Shown in pieces: positions 7,656 to 16,738 of a DNA stretch of 24,316 nt. A model generated the notes under the pieces. It had not been told where the DNA came from and did no database searches. It worked only from the letters and a program-made list of their open reading frames with translations. The position numbers and the translations under genes are program-made. Numbering within the stretch: position 1 is the first letter of the stretch; the number at the start of each line of letters is the position of its first letter. The DNA is from a virus. Lineage: Duplodnaviria; Caudoviricetes. The stretch lies in IMG/VR virus record IMGVR_UViG_3300042363_000095, positions 1 to 24,316 of that record; one strand, written 5' to 3'.

Positions 7656-10600
7656 TTATGCTGCGTTTAATTGTTTTTCTAATTCGGCAACTCTTTGTTC
7701 CAACCTTGCAATTTTTGCCGTGTGAACTTCACGATATGATAATGAAAGGAATCCATCCATGTTTTTTTCAACTGCGTATGGCATAAATTCCTGCGCATCC
7801 TGTGCAAAATATCCAAATTCCATTTTGCCATTTTTTTCGTACAATTTGGCTTGTAAATTTTCAATTCCTGCAATTTGCGCTGATCCATCAATTAATTTTT
7901 TCAATCTACTATCTGATGATTCAAAAAATGCTGTTGCTGTCACATAACTATAAAATGTTGCATTACCTGCTGAATGTATTCTTAATCTTTCTGACCAATC
8001 AGATGTTTGATTTCCATTATCATTTGTAAAAAATCCAATTGCAGCCCTAAAATAATTATTTTCTGCAATCTGCATAATACCGGCCGATCTTCTTGTATAT
8101 CCTGCATAATATGCCTTCCATAAAATACCGGTTCCTAATGCATTTCCACCGCCTCCTCCCGGCCCATTATATACACCGAATCGTATTACATCTGTTGGTG
8201 TTTCTGCATTATAAGGGCATAAATCTACTCTATATTCAGGTGTTGTATTTCCTGATAAACCTACTAAATTACCTGTTGTTAATGTCATTGCAATACCTCC
8301 CTGATTGCTATAAAATTGCAATCCATTTGATGCAGTTTGCGCATTTACTCCTAAATACCAAAATGATGATCCACCATTTGCAATACCAATTGCATACGGA
8401 TTATTAGGATAAAATAATCCTCTTGAATCAGAACTACCATTCCCTACCTGAAATTTAAAAACAGGATCAACAGATGTTGTTGAATTAACTAAAAAATTTC
8501 CTGCACTTGTAAATCGTGATCTTTCTGATCCATTAGTATAAAATGTTAATGCATTTGCTCCACCTGCAATTAATGCTAACGTTGATGTAGAATATAATTC
8601 AGATCCACTTGTTGTTCCATATAAATATGTTGTTAATGAATTTCCAACACCTAAATTTATTATCGATTGACTTGTTCCATTAACTGTTAAAACTGTTCTA
8701 TTAGTGTAAATTTGTAATGGTGTTGTTGTTCCTATTCCAACATTCCCATTACTCATTGCATAAATAACAGGTATTGATCCTTTACCTGATCCACCTGTTC
8801 CTGCCATTGCTTTAAAAATATACTTTGAATCATTTGATGTTGAATCAATTGCAATTCCGTATCCACCTCCATGTGCATTATAAACTGAAACATTTTCTGT
8901 TCCATTTGAATTATCAGATACAGATGCCCATGCAGATTGATTATCTACAACATGAAATCTAAATGTAGGTGGTGTATTTAATCCTAAATATCCATTGCTT
9001 GTCAAAGTCATTTTAGATGAATTATTAGTCCAAAATGTTAATGGAATTGCTGCAACTGATCCAATAATTCCTGTGTCATCAGTTTTATTATAATCAAAAC
9101 GCATTTTTAAACTGCCGGCATTATATAAAAATAATGATGTTGTTGCTGATCCACTTGCTAATGCATTGTCAATTGAAATTCCTGCATTTCCTGTTTTATT
9201 TGCATATACAACTAATGAATTTGCACCATACGAATAAAGTGGATTTCCTATTAATACACTACCTGATGGCATTAATATATTTCCACCATTACCACCAATT
9301 TGAACATTTAAACCTGCATCTGTTGCATAATCATAAGCATCTAATTTTATATTAGAACCATTATTATAAATATAAATAGCTTTATTATTATAAACTGAAC
9401 CAAATCCCGATTGTATTGTATCTGTTGTAATTAATTTCATCCATGATGGAATGCTATTAATTGTACCTGTTCCTAAAACTATTGCATTTCCATTATCATA
9501 AGCAATACTATTTCCAATTCCACTTGCTGATGTCCATTTTGATAAATAATTTGTTGTTCCTGTTCCACCAACCGGATTTGCAACACCTGTTGTCACTGAT
9601 CCATCAGCCATTAAAAATTGACTTGCTGTTCCGCCTGATTTGATAAAGGATGCCGATGTCAATGTGCCGGTATTTATCGCATTCCCTGATGGTGTTATTT
9701 GAAATTTTGTTGCACCGGCTGTTTGATCATAAATGTAAAAATAGCCTGAATCAACAAAAATTGTATAATCAGGATTTTGATCTGTATCTACAAAATACAA
9801 TCGTGGTGTTGCACCACTAATTGTTAAATCACCTGTAAATACAGGATTTGCCGCATCCGCTTTTAATGCCAACTTTGCCAATACTGCATTGCTGTTTGGA
9901 TATTCTGTTGATGATGCCAATAAATTTGACACCATTTTGTCTAAACGTTGGTATGTACTTGCTGCAACCGTTGTTGTCAAATATGTATTTGTGTCCAATG
10001 CCCATGTGTCGGCCGCCGTTTTAATTAAAAATCCGGATGTGCCGGCCAATCCTGCAATGGCTGTCAAATCTGCATCCAATGGCTGTTTTGTTGCTAATCC
10101 TGCAATTACTGCATTTACCGATGGATATTTGGTTGCCGATGCAGTTAAATCGGTAGATAAATTGGTCAATAATTGGTATGTACTTGCTGCATCCGCTGTG
10201 GTCAAATACGTGCTATTATCATACGAAATTGTCGTGCCTGATGCCTTTACAAACCCTGTTCCATCCAACTGCGCCTGTGGTGTGTAACCCAATACCGTTG
10301 CGATGCTCTTATTTTTCCACAAGCCTGTGGATGATTCATAAAATAATCCCTGATTATTGGCTTTTGATTGGATCAATACATCGTGCAATTCTTCAATTTC
10401 AAAACCGTTTTGTACGTTTACAAAGATTTCACCATTGTTTTGTTGTACACGTGTCACAACCCCAATATAAACCATATTTGCAGGTGCAACAGGTTTGTTG
10501 GCAACACCAAACAATAATGCACCATTAACACCTAACCAAACCGGATCACCGGCCTGTGCTGTTGATGTATCCAATCCGGCTAATAATCCAAATGTCACGC

Positions 10601-11381
10601 ATTTGACCAAATCATTAGTCACACCACCTGTTTCAAGTAAACCAAACGTTTTTGATGACAATGATTCACTTGCATTTGATGCTGCTGAAACAATCATATT
10701 TGTTCCATTGGCTGATGACACGTAAACCGCTGCACCTTTGGCCAATGTCTGCCCCAATTTAACCTCATTTTTGGTTTGTGTGGCAAAATTATCTATCCAT
10801 TGGGCATTGTAATCTGTTGCATCTATTTTAGACAAAATTTGACCTGCTGTTCCACCTATTGGCAACCCTCCCGGTAATGTTGGGAATGTAGCCAATGTGC
10901 CATCGCCTCGAATATATTGTGAAATCGTACCTGCCGGAACATTAAATTTTGCATTCAATGCGGCTTGCAAATCCGTTTGATTGGACAATGTGCCTGTGAT
11001 ATTTCCCCACACGGCTGCTGTTCCCTCAACTGTCCACGATCTGTCTGCGCTTAAATTATACCCAACACCATTGATTGTCAATGTGCGTTGATTTGTTACC
11101 GGTGTGTAACCTAATGCCGTAATGACCTGCGCACCTGTGATGGATGTCAAATATGTATTTGCATCCAATGATCCATCAGCCTTCAAAAATTGTGTGGCTA
11201 ATCCGTTTGTGACTTTGTATTTGTTGGCTCTTAAAAACCCATTTGAATCAATGAAAACATTTGATCCACCCCCCAATCCATCTGTGATTTGTTTTTCGCT
11301 TGCTGTTAGGATGTCATTGTCAATTGTTTTTAACAATGCTTTGTAGGTTTCCGCAACCAAATTCCCGGTTAATGATGCCAT
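7656..11381 (-). CDS. Long tail fibre with C-terminal intramolecular chaperone (Peptidase S74-like), 1241 aa
   Basis: Gly/Ser/Thr/Asn-rich with GNVGIG-type repeats; SDSRLK autocleavage motif (Ser1156, 7914-7916), GYFAQD motif and terminal coiled coil. Confidence 0.9.
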   Translation of the reverse strand: MASLTGNLVAETYKALLKTIDNDILTASEKQITDGLGGGSNVFIDSNGFLRANKYKVTNGLATQFLKADGSLDANTYLTSITGAQVITALGYTPVTNQRTLTINGVGYNLSADRSWTVEGTAAVWGNITGTLSNQTDLQAALNAKFNVPAGTISQYIRGDGTLATFPTLPGGLPIGGTAGQILSKIDATDYNAQWIDNFATQTKNEVKLGQTLAKGAAVYVSSANGTNMIVSAASNASESLSSKTFGLLETGGVTNDLVKCVTFGLLAGLDTSTAQAGDPVWLGVNGALLFGVANKPVAPANMVYIGVVTRVQQNNGEIFVNVQNGFEIEELHDVLIQSKANNQGLFYESSTGLWKNKSIATVLGYTPQAQLDGTGFVKASGTTISYDNSTYLTTADAASTYQLLTNLSTDLTASATKYPSVNAVIAGLATKQPLDADLTAIAGLAGTSGFLIKTAADTWALDTNTYLTTTVAASTYQRLDKMVSNLLASSTEYPNSNAVLAKLALKADAANPVFTGDLTISGATPRLYFVDTDQNPDYTIFVDSGYFYIYDQTAGATKFQITPSGNAINTGTLTSASFIKSGGTASQFLMADGSVTTGVANPVGGTGTTNYLSKWTSASGIGNSIAYDNGNAIVLGTGTINSIPSWMKLITTDTIQSGFGSVYNNKAIYIYNNGSNIKLDAYDYATDAGLNVQIGGNGGNILMPSGSVLIGNPLYSYGANSLVVYANKTGNAGISIDNALASGSATTSLFLYNAGSLKMRFDYNKTDDTGIIGSVAAIPLTFWTNNSSKMTLTSNGYLGLNTPPTFRFHVVDNQSAWASVSDNSNGTENVSVYNAHGGGYGIAIDSTSNDSKYIFKAMAGTGGSGKGSIPVIYAMSNGNVGIGTTTPLQIYTNRTVLTVNGTSQSIINLGVGNSLTTYLYGTTSGSELYSTSTLALIAGGANALTFYTNGSERSRFTSAGNFLVNSTTSVDPVFKFQVGNGSSDSRGLFYPNNPYAIGIANGGSSFWYLGVNAQTASNGLQFYSNQGGIAMTLTTGNLVGLSGNTTPEYRVDLCPYNAETPTDVIRFGVYNGPGGGGGNALGTGILWKAYYAGYTRRSAGIMQIAENNYFRAAIGFFTNDNGNQTSDWSERLRIHSAGNATFYSYVTATAFFESSDSRLKKLIDGSAQIAGIENLQAKLYEKNGKMEFGYFAQDAQEFMPYAVEKNMDGFLSLSYREVHTAKIARLEQRVAELEKQLNAA
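9597..11192. repeat. Dispersed short direct repeats within the fibre gene
   Basis: 9597-9620 vs 11169-11192 (22/24); 9948-9966 vs 10173-10191 (19/19); 9975-10000 vs 11145-11170 (24/26). Confidence 0.85.
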
Positions 11382-11407
11382 TTTTTACCTGCTTAATTTA
11401 ATGCAAG

Positions 11408-11857
11408 TTAAAAAATAAATAGCCTCAATTTATAAAACACGTATCCGATAATGATGACCGATTCAAAAAAGATGGTAATAATGGCCCACGCAGGAACAAC
11501 ATTTTTGATCACCTCTTTGTTGGAAATTCTAACATTGTCCGATTTTGACAATTGGTATTTGGATTTGTACACAGATTCGATTGAATCAATGTCAATTTTG
11601 GCTTCAATTCTGCCCTGTGTTGAACGCAATGTGATTGTGCCTTGTGGTATTACAAATTTGGAATAAAAGGTCGTTAAAATGCCGGCAGAATCGCACGGAT
11701 TTTCAATAATAATTGAATCACGGATTGCCTTTGTTTTATAGATCACATCCGTTGTGTGGATTGTGTCATATTTTACAACCGTTGATTCCTTAATAATAGT
11801 TTTTGCAGGTTTGCAACTTGCAAACAAAACGATGGCGATGATTAGGTAATTTTTCAT
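11408..11857 (-). CDS. Lipoprotein, putative unimolecular spanin (149 aa)
   Basis: MKNYLIIAIVLFASC signal peptide with lipobox Cys, beta-rich middle, C-terminal TM helix (WAIITIFFESVIIIGYVFY); follows the endolysin. Confidence 0.7.
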   Translation of the reverse strand: MKNYLIIAIVLFASCKPAKTIIKESTVVKYDTIHTTDVIYKTKAIRDSIIIENPCDSAGILTTFYSKFVIPQGTITLRSTQGRIEAKIDIDSIESVYKSKYQLSKSDNVRISNKEVIKNVVPAWAIITIFFESVIIIGYVFYKLRLFIF

Positions 11858-11933
11858 TTTTGTATTATTTAACATTTAATGTTGGTTATATTTTACATTA
11901 TGCCCACTTTTTGTCAATAATGTTGAATATATC

Positions 11934-12422
11934 CTACAAAATCACATACCCCTGTGCATCGACTTTTTTAGCATTATACAACGCAAACAATTGCGATGGT
12001 GTTTTGCCAAATGTCTTTTGAAAATGTGGGAAATCCGGAAATCTTTTCCAATCGCCACCCCATTCCCATCCGTACTTTTTGAACACGGCAGCAACCTCCA
12101 ACCAATCTGCTTTGCCATCCCCATCAAAATCCTTTTTAATATCCCATGAAATTGATTTGCCATCAATCAAAACAATATCAATTGCCAATCCGTAATTGTG
12201 GCAACTTAATCCCGGTTTTGCTTTTGAAACAATTGGGCCCGGCTTTGTTCTGCCCTGTGCATATATTGCCTCCTGCTCTTTGAATGTGCGCAACGTGTGC
12301 GTGAATCTACAAAATGCTTTGCCTCTCAATGCATTCACAATTTCATCATAAATTGTAACAACTTCCGCACGCAATTTTGGGTGCATCAATTGAATACGAT
12401 CCAATGTGATTTGATCTTTCAT
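11934..12422 (-). CDS. Endolysin, M15 family L-Ala-D-Glu peptidase (162 aa)
   Basis: R..KEQ..IYAQGRTKPG, S.HNYGLAID, WGGDW and D.PHFQ zinc-peptidase motifs. Confidence 0.92.
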   Translation of the reverse strand: MKDQITLDRIQLMHPKLRAEVVTIYDEIVNALRGKAFCRFTHTLRTFKEQEAIYAQGRTKPGPIVSKAKPGLSCHNYGLAIDIVLIDGKSISWDIKKDFDGDGKADWLEVAAVFKKYGWEWGGDWKRFPDFPHFQKTFGKTPSQLFALYNAKKVDAQGYVIL

Positions 12423-12709
12423 TATTCGTTTTCCTCTTTCTTTTTTACAGGTTTCCCGTGCTTTAATTTGTGATTTTCTTCACGCAGGTTTTCAATTTCA
12501 ACGGTCAATTCATCAACTTTTTTGCTTAATTGATCCACTTTCGCTTCCAACTTTTCATTCATTTGGGTAACCATATCAATCACACGTTGGGAATTTTCTA
12601 ATTGTATTGTACTGATGTCCGCATTTTCTTTGCGTTTCCCTAATATCCACGATATGAATGCCGTGACTGATGATGATGCTAGGCCAATAATGGCATCCCT
12701 TAATTCCAT
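12422..12709 (-). CDS. Putative holin (N-terminal TM plus coiled coil, 95 aa)
   Basis: Hydrophobic AIIGLASSSVTAFISWILG then a charged heptad region; stop overlaps the endolysin start. Confidence 0.55.
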   Translation of the reverse strand: MELRDAIIGLASSSVTAFISWILGKRKENADISTIQLENSQRVIDMVTQMNEKLEAKVDQLSKKVDELTVEIENLREENHKLKHGKPVKKKEENE

Positions 12710-12710
12710 T

Positions 12711-13151
12711 TTAAATTGTTTGTTGGATTTTGTTGCTTATTTCTACAATACCACGAAAATACGTGTGATCCAATTCATCATCCACAATGTACGTTGATGA
12801 CTCCTTTACACACGTAAATACATTGAATCCATCCGCAGACAAATCAAAATATCCGTTTGATCGTGTTCTAATTAATTCTAAAATTCTATTGATTGCGCTG
12901 TTGGCTGTGATTTCACCACCTGAATCAGATTGAAAACGTGTCACCACTTCAATCCGTGTGATTGTTTCTGTAATATACGATGACTGATTGAAATCGGTTT
13001 CATCAGATGACACAGAATACACCAAAATGTATGGAAACGATGCTGTTGATGGCACACGGTTATAAACACCAAATGTCACACCACCAATCACCACATTATT
13101 TGTCAAACGTGTGATGATCGCCTTGCGGATGAATTGAATCGGTTCTAACAT
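12711..13151 (-). CDS. Tail terminator/completion protein (DUF3168-like)
   Basis: VYNRVP...FPYILV pattern; fourth gene of the neck cluster. Confidence 0.8.
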   Translation of the reverse strand: MLEPIQFIRKAIITRLTNNVVIGGVTFGVYNRVPSTASFPYILVYSVSSDETDFNQSSYITETITRIEVVTRFQSDSGGEITANSAINRILELIRTRSNGYFDLSADGFNVFTCVKESSTYIVDDELDHTYFRGIVEISNKIQQTI

Positions 13152-13597
13152 TATTTTGTCAATTGTTTAATTTTGGTTTCTAACCTGTTTGTTAAATCGC
13201 CCAATTCTTTACGCAAATTTGTAAAGAAAAAAGGCCGTGCCGGCAAATTTACCTTCTTGATCCCTTTGCCCTTGAATTGCATTGCATAAGATGCCGGGAA
13301 TCCTAATTTTGTTAAATGCTGTAAATCTACCAATCTACCTGTGCCAAATTCCACATAGGGCGCATATGGCGCACGTGAAAAAATAACAACTGTGTTTTCA
13401 TTCTGCCTTTCAAATCCGGTTTGATTTCTCAAATTACCGGTGTCGTGTCGGGCATCAGTTTTCATTCCTGCAACTGCAAACATTGCAGTCTTTACCAATT
13501 CATTAGACAATTCCTGTTTGGATAATTTGCCCAATTGTTCAATCTTATTTTGCAAATCGGCTAATTGCTTAGAATCAACACCGCTTTTCTTTGCCAT
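13151..13597 (-). CDS. HK97 gp10-like tail component
   Basis: DTGNLR, YAPYVEFGTG and PARPFF motifs. Confidence 0.88.
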   Translation of the reverse strand: MAKKSGVDSKQLADLQNKIEQLGKLSKQELSNELVKTAMFAVAGMKTDARHDTGNLRNQTGFERQNENTVVIFSRAPYAPYVEFGTGRLVDLQHLTKLGFPASYAMQFKGKGIKKVNLPARPFFFTNLRKELGDLTNRLETKIKQLTK

Positions 13598-13941
13598 TAT
13601 CCCTCAATTTTGGTGGCTGTCATTTTAACCCAAAAATTCTCAAACGTTTGGAATCCGGAATTGATCCTATAATTAGCCGCAAACCCTTCAACCTGCAATA
13701 CATCCTCATTGGCAATCAAATCGGCCGTTTCCTTTCGGATCGTGATTTCAATTTCCGTTGATTTCAACCTGATTCCCATTCTTTCATCAATAGGCCCTTT
13801 GGTTTCCTGCACCCTGCACCATACGGTGTCAATGGTCACATAACCACCCGGTGTTGTGCCACCAAATCCATCTGATGTACGTGCTAAACGTTTGATCAGA
13901 ATCCGTTGTTTTAAAATTGATGCGTTGTTGCTTGTTGCCAT
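13597..13941 (-). CDS. Head closure / head-tail adaptor (SPP1 gp16-like)
   Basis: LKQRILI...DGFGG...TVWCRV...ITIR pattern and position. Confidence 0.85.
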   Translation of the reverse strand: MATSNNASILKQRILIKRLARTSDGFGGTTPGGYVTIDTVWCRVQETKGPIDERMGIRLKSTEIEITIRKETADLIANEDVLQVEGFAANYRINSGFQTFENFWVKMTATKIEG

Positions 13942-14450
13942 TAGATAAATACGGATTTTATGCCATCCAATAATTTAGCGGATGCGCTCGGAACTTCATT
14001 TACGGTCATTCCTGTCACGAAATCTGTACGATTATCGTAATATGTGGACACCATCATCAACAATGCTTGTTTCAATAATCCATCATTCATTCCCTCCGTT
14101 GTGAAATCAATTTTGATGTTTGATGCTAATGGGGAAATTTCCACCATTGGATCACCTAATCCGTAAACGGAAAATGAAACGGCAATTTCTTTCACGGTCA
14201 CATCATCAACGGATGCCACCGGCCCAAATGGAACATCAATAAAACCTGAATCAGAATAATCCAAATAATATGTTCGTTCCTTTGCGATAATATCCCGGCT
14301 CATATAATTTTCAGCCGCTGTGTGTGCTGCCTCAATCATCATATCAATCAACGTATCATCTGCCGTTGTATCAATACGGATGTAATTCTTTGCATCTGTG
14401 CGTGAAATAATTGGTGTTCCAATTACATCATTAATCTTTATTTGCCGCAT
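13941..14450 (-). CDS. Head-tail connector (gp6/gp15-like)
   Basis: AKNYIRID...DDTLI...AAENY and LKQALLMMVSTYYDNR motifs. Confidence 0.88.
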   Translation of the reverse strand: MRQIKINDVIGTPIISRTDAKNYIRIDTTADDTLIDMMIEAAHTAAENYMSRDIIAKERTYYLDYSDSGFIDVPFGPVASVDDVTVKEIAVSFSVYGLGDPMVEISPLASNIKIDFTTEGMNDGLLKQALLMMVSTYYDNRTDFVTGMTVNEVPSASAKLLDGIKSVFI

Positions 14451-14709
14451 TCTTTTTTGCTTTATGTCCTACGTGACCGTAAATCATTTTTTGTTCCTTT
14501 GTTTCAACCTCTACGGCCTCCACTTTTGTTTCAACCTCAATGGCCTCCACCTTTGGTGCAATAACTTCCGGTTGATCTTCAACCTTTGTGCCGAAATTAT
14601 TTGCCAAATAATGTCTTTCAACATCTGCCGATAATGTTACAATTTCACCGGCTTTGTGGTATCCTGATTTGTTATCAAATACCGTTTTTTTCATTAAAAC
14701 TTTGCCCAT
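14431..14709 (-). CDS. Small hypothetical protein after capsid gene (92 aa)
   Basis: Start moved to MGKVLMKK at 14709 because the track start lies in the terminator; contains a KVEAxEVET repeat. Confidence 0.7.
   Translation of the reverse strand: MGKVLMKKTVFDNKSGYHKAGEIVTLSADVERHYLANNFGTKVEDQPEVIAPKVEAIEVETKVEAVEVETKEQKMIYGHVGHKAKKNAANKD
14500..14553. repeat. Tandem 2 x 27 bp in-frame repeat
   Basis: 14500-14526 vs 14527-14553, 24/27 identical; encodes KVEAIEVET/KVEAVEVET. Confidence 0.9.
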
Positions 14710-14728
14710 AATTGTGCTATTTTTTGAA

Positions 14729-14736
14729 CAAATATA
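14729..14736 (-). promoter_or_regulatory. -7 box TATATTTG abutting the capsid terminator
   Basis: TAnnTTTG match 19 nt upstream of the ATG at 14709. Confidence 0.6.
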
Positions 14737-14770
14737 AAAAGAAAAGCCACCCAATATTTAGGTGGCCTCT
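14736..14770 (-). terminator. Intrinsic terminator after major capsid gene
   Basis: Minus strand AGAGGCCACCTAA-ATA-TTGGGTGGCTTTT followed by CTTTTT. Confidence 0.85.
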
Positions 14771-14793
14771 CTTAATTTGGAATTGTATTAAAA

Positions 14794-15990
14794 CTAAACT
14801 CCGATTGCAGCGATATCCGTTGCAAATACACCCTTAACGATTGCTAATGGTGCGTAGTTAGTTAATGCAATACGCTCAACCAAACGAACGGTCACGAAAC
14901 CATCACGAACGTTTGTTCCATCCTCACGGAAAAACTCTAATGAAAGGTTTTCACGTACCCATAATTGTGTGGCCATTGCGAAATTACCTACCATATACGT
15001 TCCTGCTGTGATCGCTGTGTTTTGAACAACCGGAATCCCTTGGAATTGTGGTTGTAAACCTGCGTAAACCTGATCTTTCAAATACTCATTTGTTGTTGAT
15101 TTCAACAATAAGATTTTTGCAAAATCTGTTGGGTTCAACATAATGTAATCAGGACGGTAGTTTACCAATGCTAATTGGTTGATTGCTACTGTTAAAACAT
15201 CAAATTGATTTGCTGCTGTGATTGCATCTGCAAATGCACCTGCTGCAAACGCTGTTGCACCTGATGTTGAAATACCGCTGATGTTTGGTGCTGTACCGTT
15301 ACCATAAAGTAATTGTGCATCTTCAACAGTCAATAATTTCTCCGGCGCACGTGCTGCCAAATATGATGTTAATTGTGGGGTGTCTGCCAACATTTCCTCA
15401 GAAATACGGAAATAAGTACCGATTTTCTGAACGTTTGCATCAAATGCTGTCAAATCGAAATCTGATTCAGTAAATGTTGCGCCCTGTGCTGTTGCTGCTG
15501 CACCATTGTCGTATGCTGTTTCACGTACATAACGAACAACATCAGAATTTGTTGAACCCTGTGCCAATAATTGACGAACGTGTACAGGACGGGTTGGATC
15601 GTACTTGATACCCGGAACGTATTGTGCAGGGATTACCTCACCTGTGAAATTGTTCGCCACAGTCATATCGCCTGCCTTGATCTCAAATTTAGCTGAACGG
15701 CTGTTGCCATTTACCAAACCATCTAATGCACCCTTTGTGATACCATCAATCAAAGATTGTTTGAATGATTGTGCGTTTGCTCCTGATGCTGTTTTTTTTG
15801 CTGCAACTTCTGCTGCATCAATACGGCTGTGGATTTCTGTGAATTTAGTTTCTAAATTCTTGATTTCGGACTTTAATAATTCATCCGCTTTGCCTGTTGC
15901 TGATGCAACTGCCTGACCTTCCGCCTTTGCGATGCGGCTATCAATTGCCGAATTTAATTCGTCTAATTGATTTTTGATTTCTTCTGTCAT
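14794..15990 (-). CDS. Major capsid protein, HK97 fold (398 aa)
   Basis: N-terminal coiled-coil delta domain; KIGTYFRISEEMLAD, EDAQLLYGNG, MLNPTDF motifs. Confidence 0.95.
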   Translation of the reverse strand: MTEEIKNQLDELNSAIDSRIAKAEGQAVASATGKADELLKSEIKNLETKFTEIHSRIDAAEVAAKKTASGANAQSFKQSLIDGITKGALDGLVNGNSRSAKFEIKAGDMTVANNFTGEVIPAQYVPGIKYDPTRPVHVRQLLAQGSTNSDVVRYVRETAYDNGAAATAQGATFTESDFDLTAFDANVQKIGTYFRISEEMLADTPQLTSYLAARAPEKLLTVEDAQLLYGNGTAPNISGISTSGATAFAAGAFADAITAANQFDVLTVAINQLALVNYRPDYIMLNPTDFAKILLLKSTTNEYLKDQVYAGLQPQFQGIPVVQNTAITAGTYMVGNFAMATQLWVRENLSLEFFREDGTNVRDGFVTVRLVERIALTNYAPLAIVKGVFATDIAAIGV

Positions 15991-15991
15991 C

Positions 15992-16675
15992 TTATTTTGA
16001 CTTAATTTGTTTGTTTAAATATGAAAATATTTCGGAAATCTCCATCTGTTTAACTTCCGGCACGGTGACAATTTCTGCCGGCCGTGTGGTAACATCAATA
16101 AACAATGATTTCAATTTCATCAACTCACTCTCAATTGCGTATCCTAATTCATCAGATACGTTTTCTTTTTTTATCATCTTTGCCAACACATCGAAACGTT
16201 TTGCCAATAATTCCTGATCTATTTCACCCTTTGCATCTGTAATCAATGCCATTGGGTTTGCGGCTAATGTAACACACGAAATTTCGTATAACTTCACCTC
16301 TTTCAATTCACGCACACCATCCTGTCTGTAATTCTTTACAATTGGCATAATACCAACGGAATTTTCCGTGATCACACCGTTTTTCATCAACAACAAAATA
16401 TCTTCACCCATTCTTGTTTTCGGAACTTCCGCAACAAAATACAATCCTTTTGCATCTTCACGTAATTCATTGAATTTACCTAATGGCTGATCAATTCTGT
16501 GTTGGTTGCAATACCGTACACGTGATCCGTTTTCAGATAATGTTTTGGTATATGCACCCGGCAAAATGATGTCATTGTCTGAATCAATGTTGCCAAATAT
16601 TGAACCGTAACCGGACACGATGCCGTTTACATCATCTATGTCATCAATCCCAATGGATGTTTGTTTGTAAATCAT
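15992..16675 (-). CDS. Prohead protease, HK97 family
   Basis: GYGSIFGNIDSDNDII.PGAY, catalytic-type H (CNQH) and S (ENSVG), LYEISCVT..ANP; start moved to MIYKQ because the track TTG is part of the -7 box. Confidence 0.93.
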   Translation of the reverse strand: MIYKQTSIGIDDIDDVNGIVSGYGSIFGNIDSDNDIILPGAYTKTLSENGSRVRYCNQHRIDQPLGKFNELREDAKGLYFVAEVPKTRMGEDILLLMKNGVITENSVGIMPIVKNYRQDGVRELKEVKLYEISCVTLAANPMALITDAKGEIDQELLAKRFDVLAKMIKKENVSDELGYAIESELMKLKSLFIDVTTRPAEIVTVPEVKQMEISEIFSYLNKQIKSK

Positions 16676-16690
16676 AACCTTTCTTTTGCT

Positions 16691-16723
16691 CAAAATTAGT
16701 CAAATAGCTAATTAGAAAACCGA
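16691..16723 (-). promoter_or_regulatory. -7 box (TAATTTTG, 16691-16698) within the conserved ~34-bp motif, copy 2
   Basis: 29/34 aligned columns identical to 326-359; upstream of the protease-capsid genes. Confidence 0.7.
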
Positions 16724-16738
16724 ACGTAAAAATTAATT

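Noticed and set aside
9597-11192. Fibre repeats as a DGR template/variable pair or invertible shufflon
   Set aside because: Repeats are short and direct, mismatches are not adenine-specific, and no reverse transcriptase or invertase is in the window.
11889-11916. E. coli-type promoter TTGACA-N16-TAAAAT on the minus strand
   Set aside because: Single instance in AT-rich DNA; the other promoter evidence is Bacteroidota-type.
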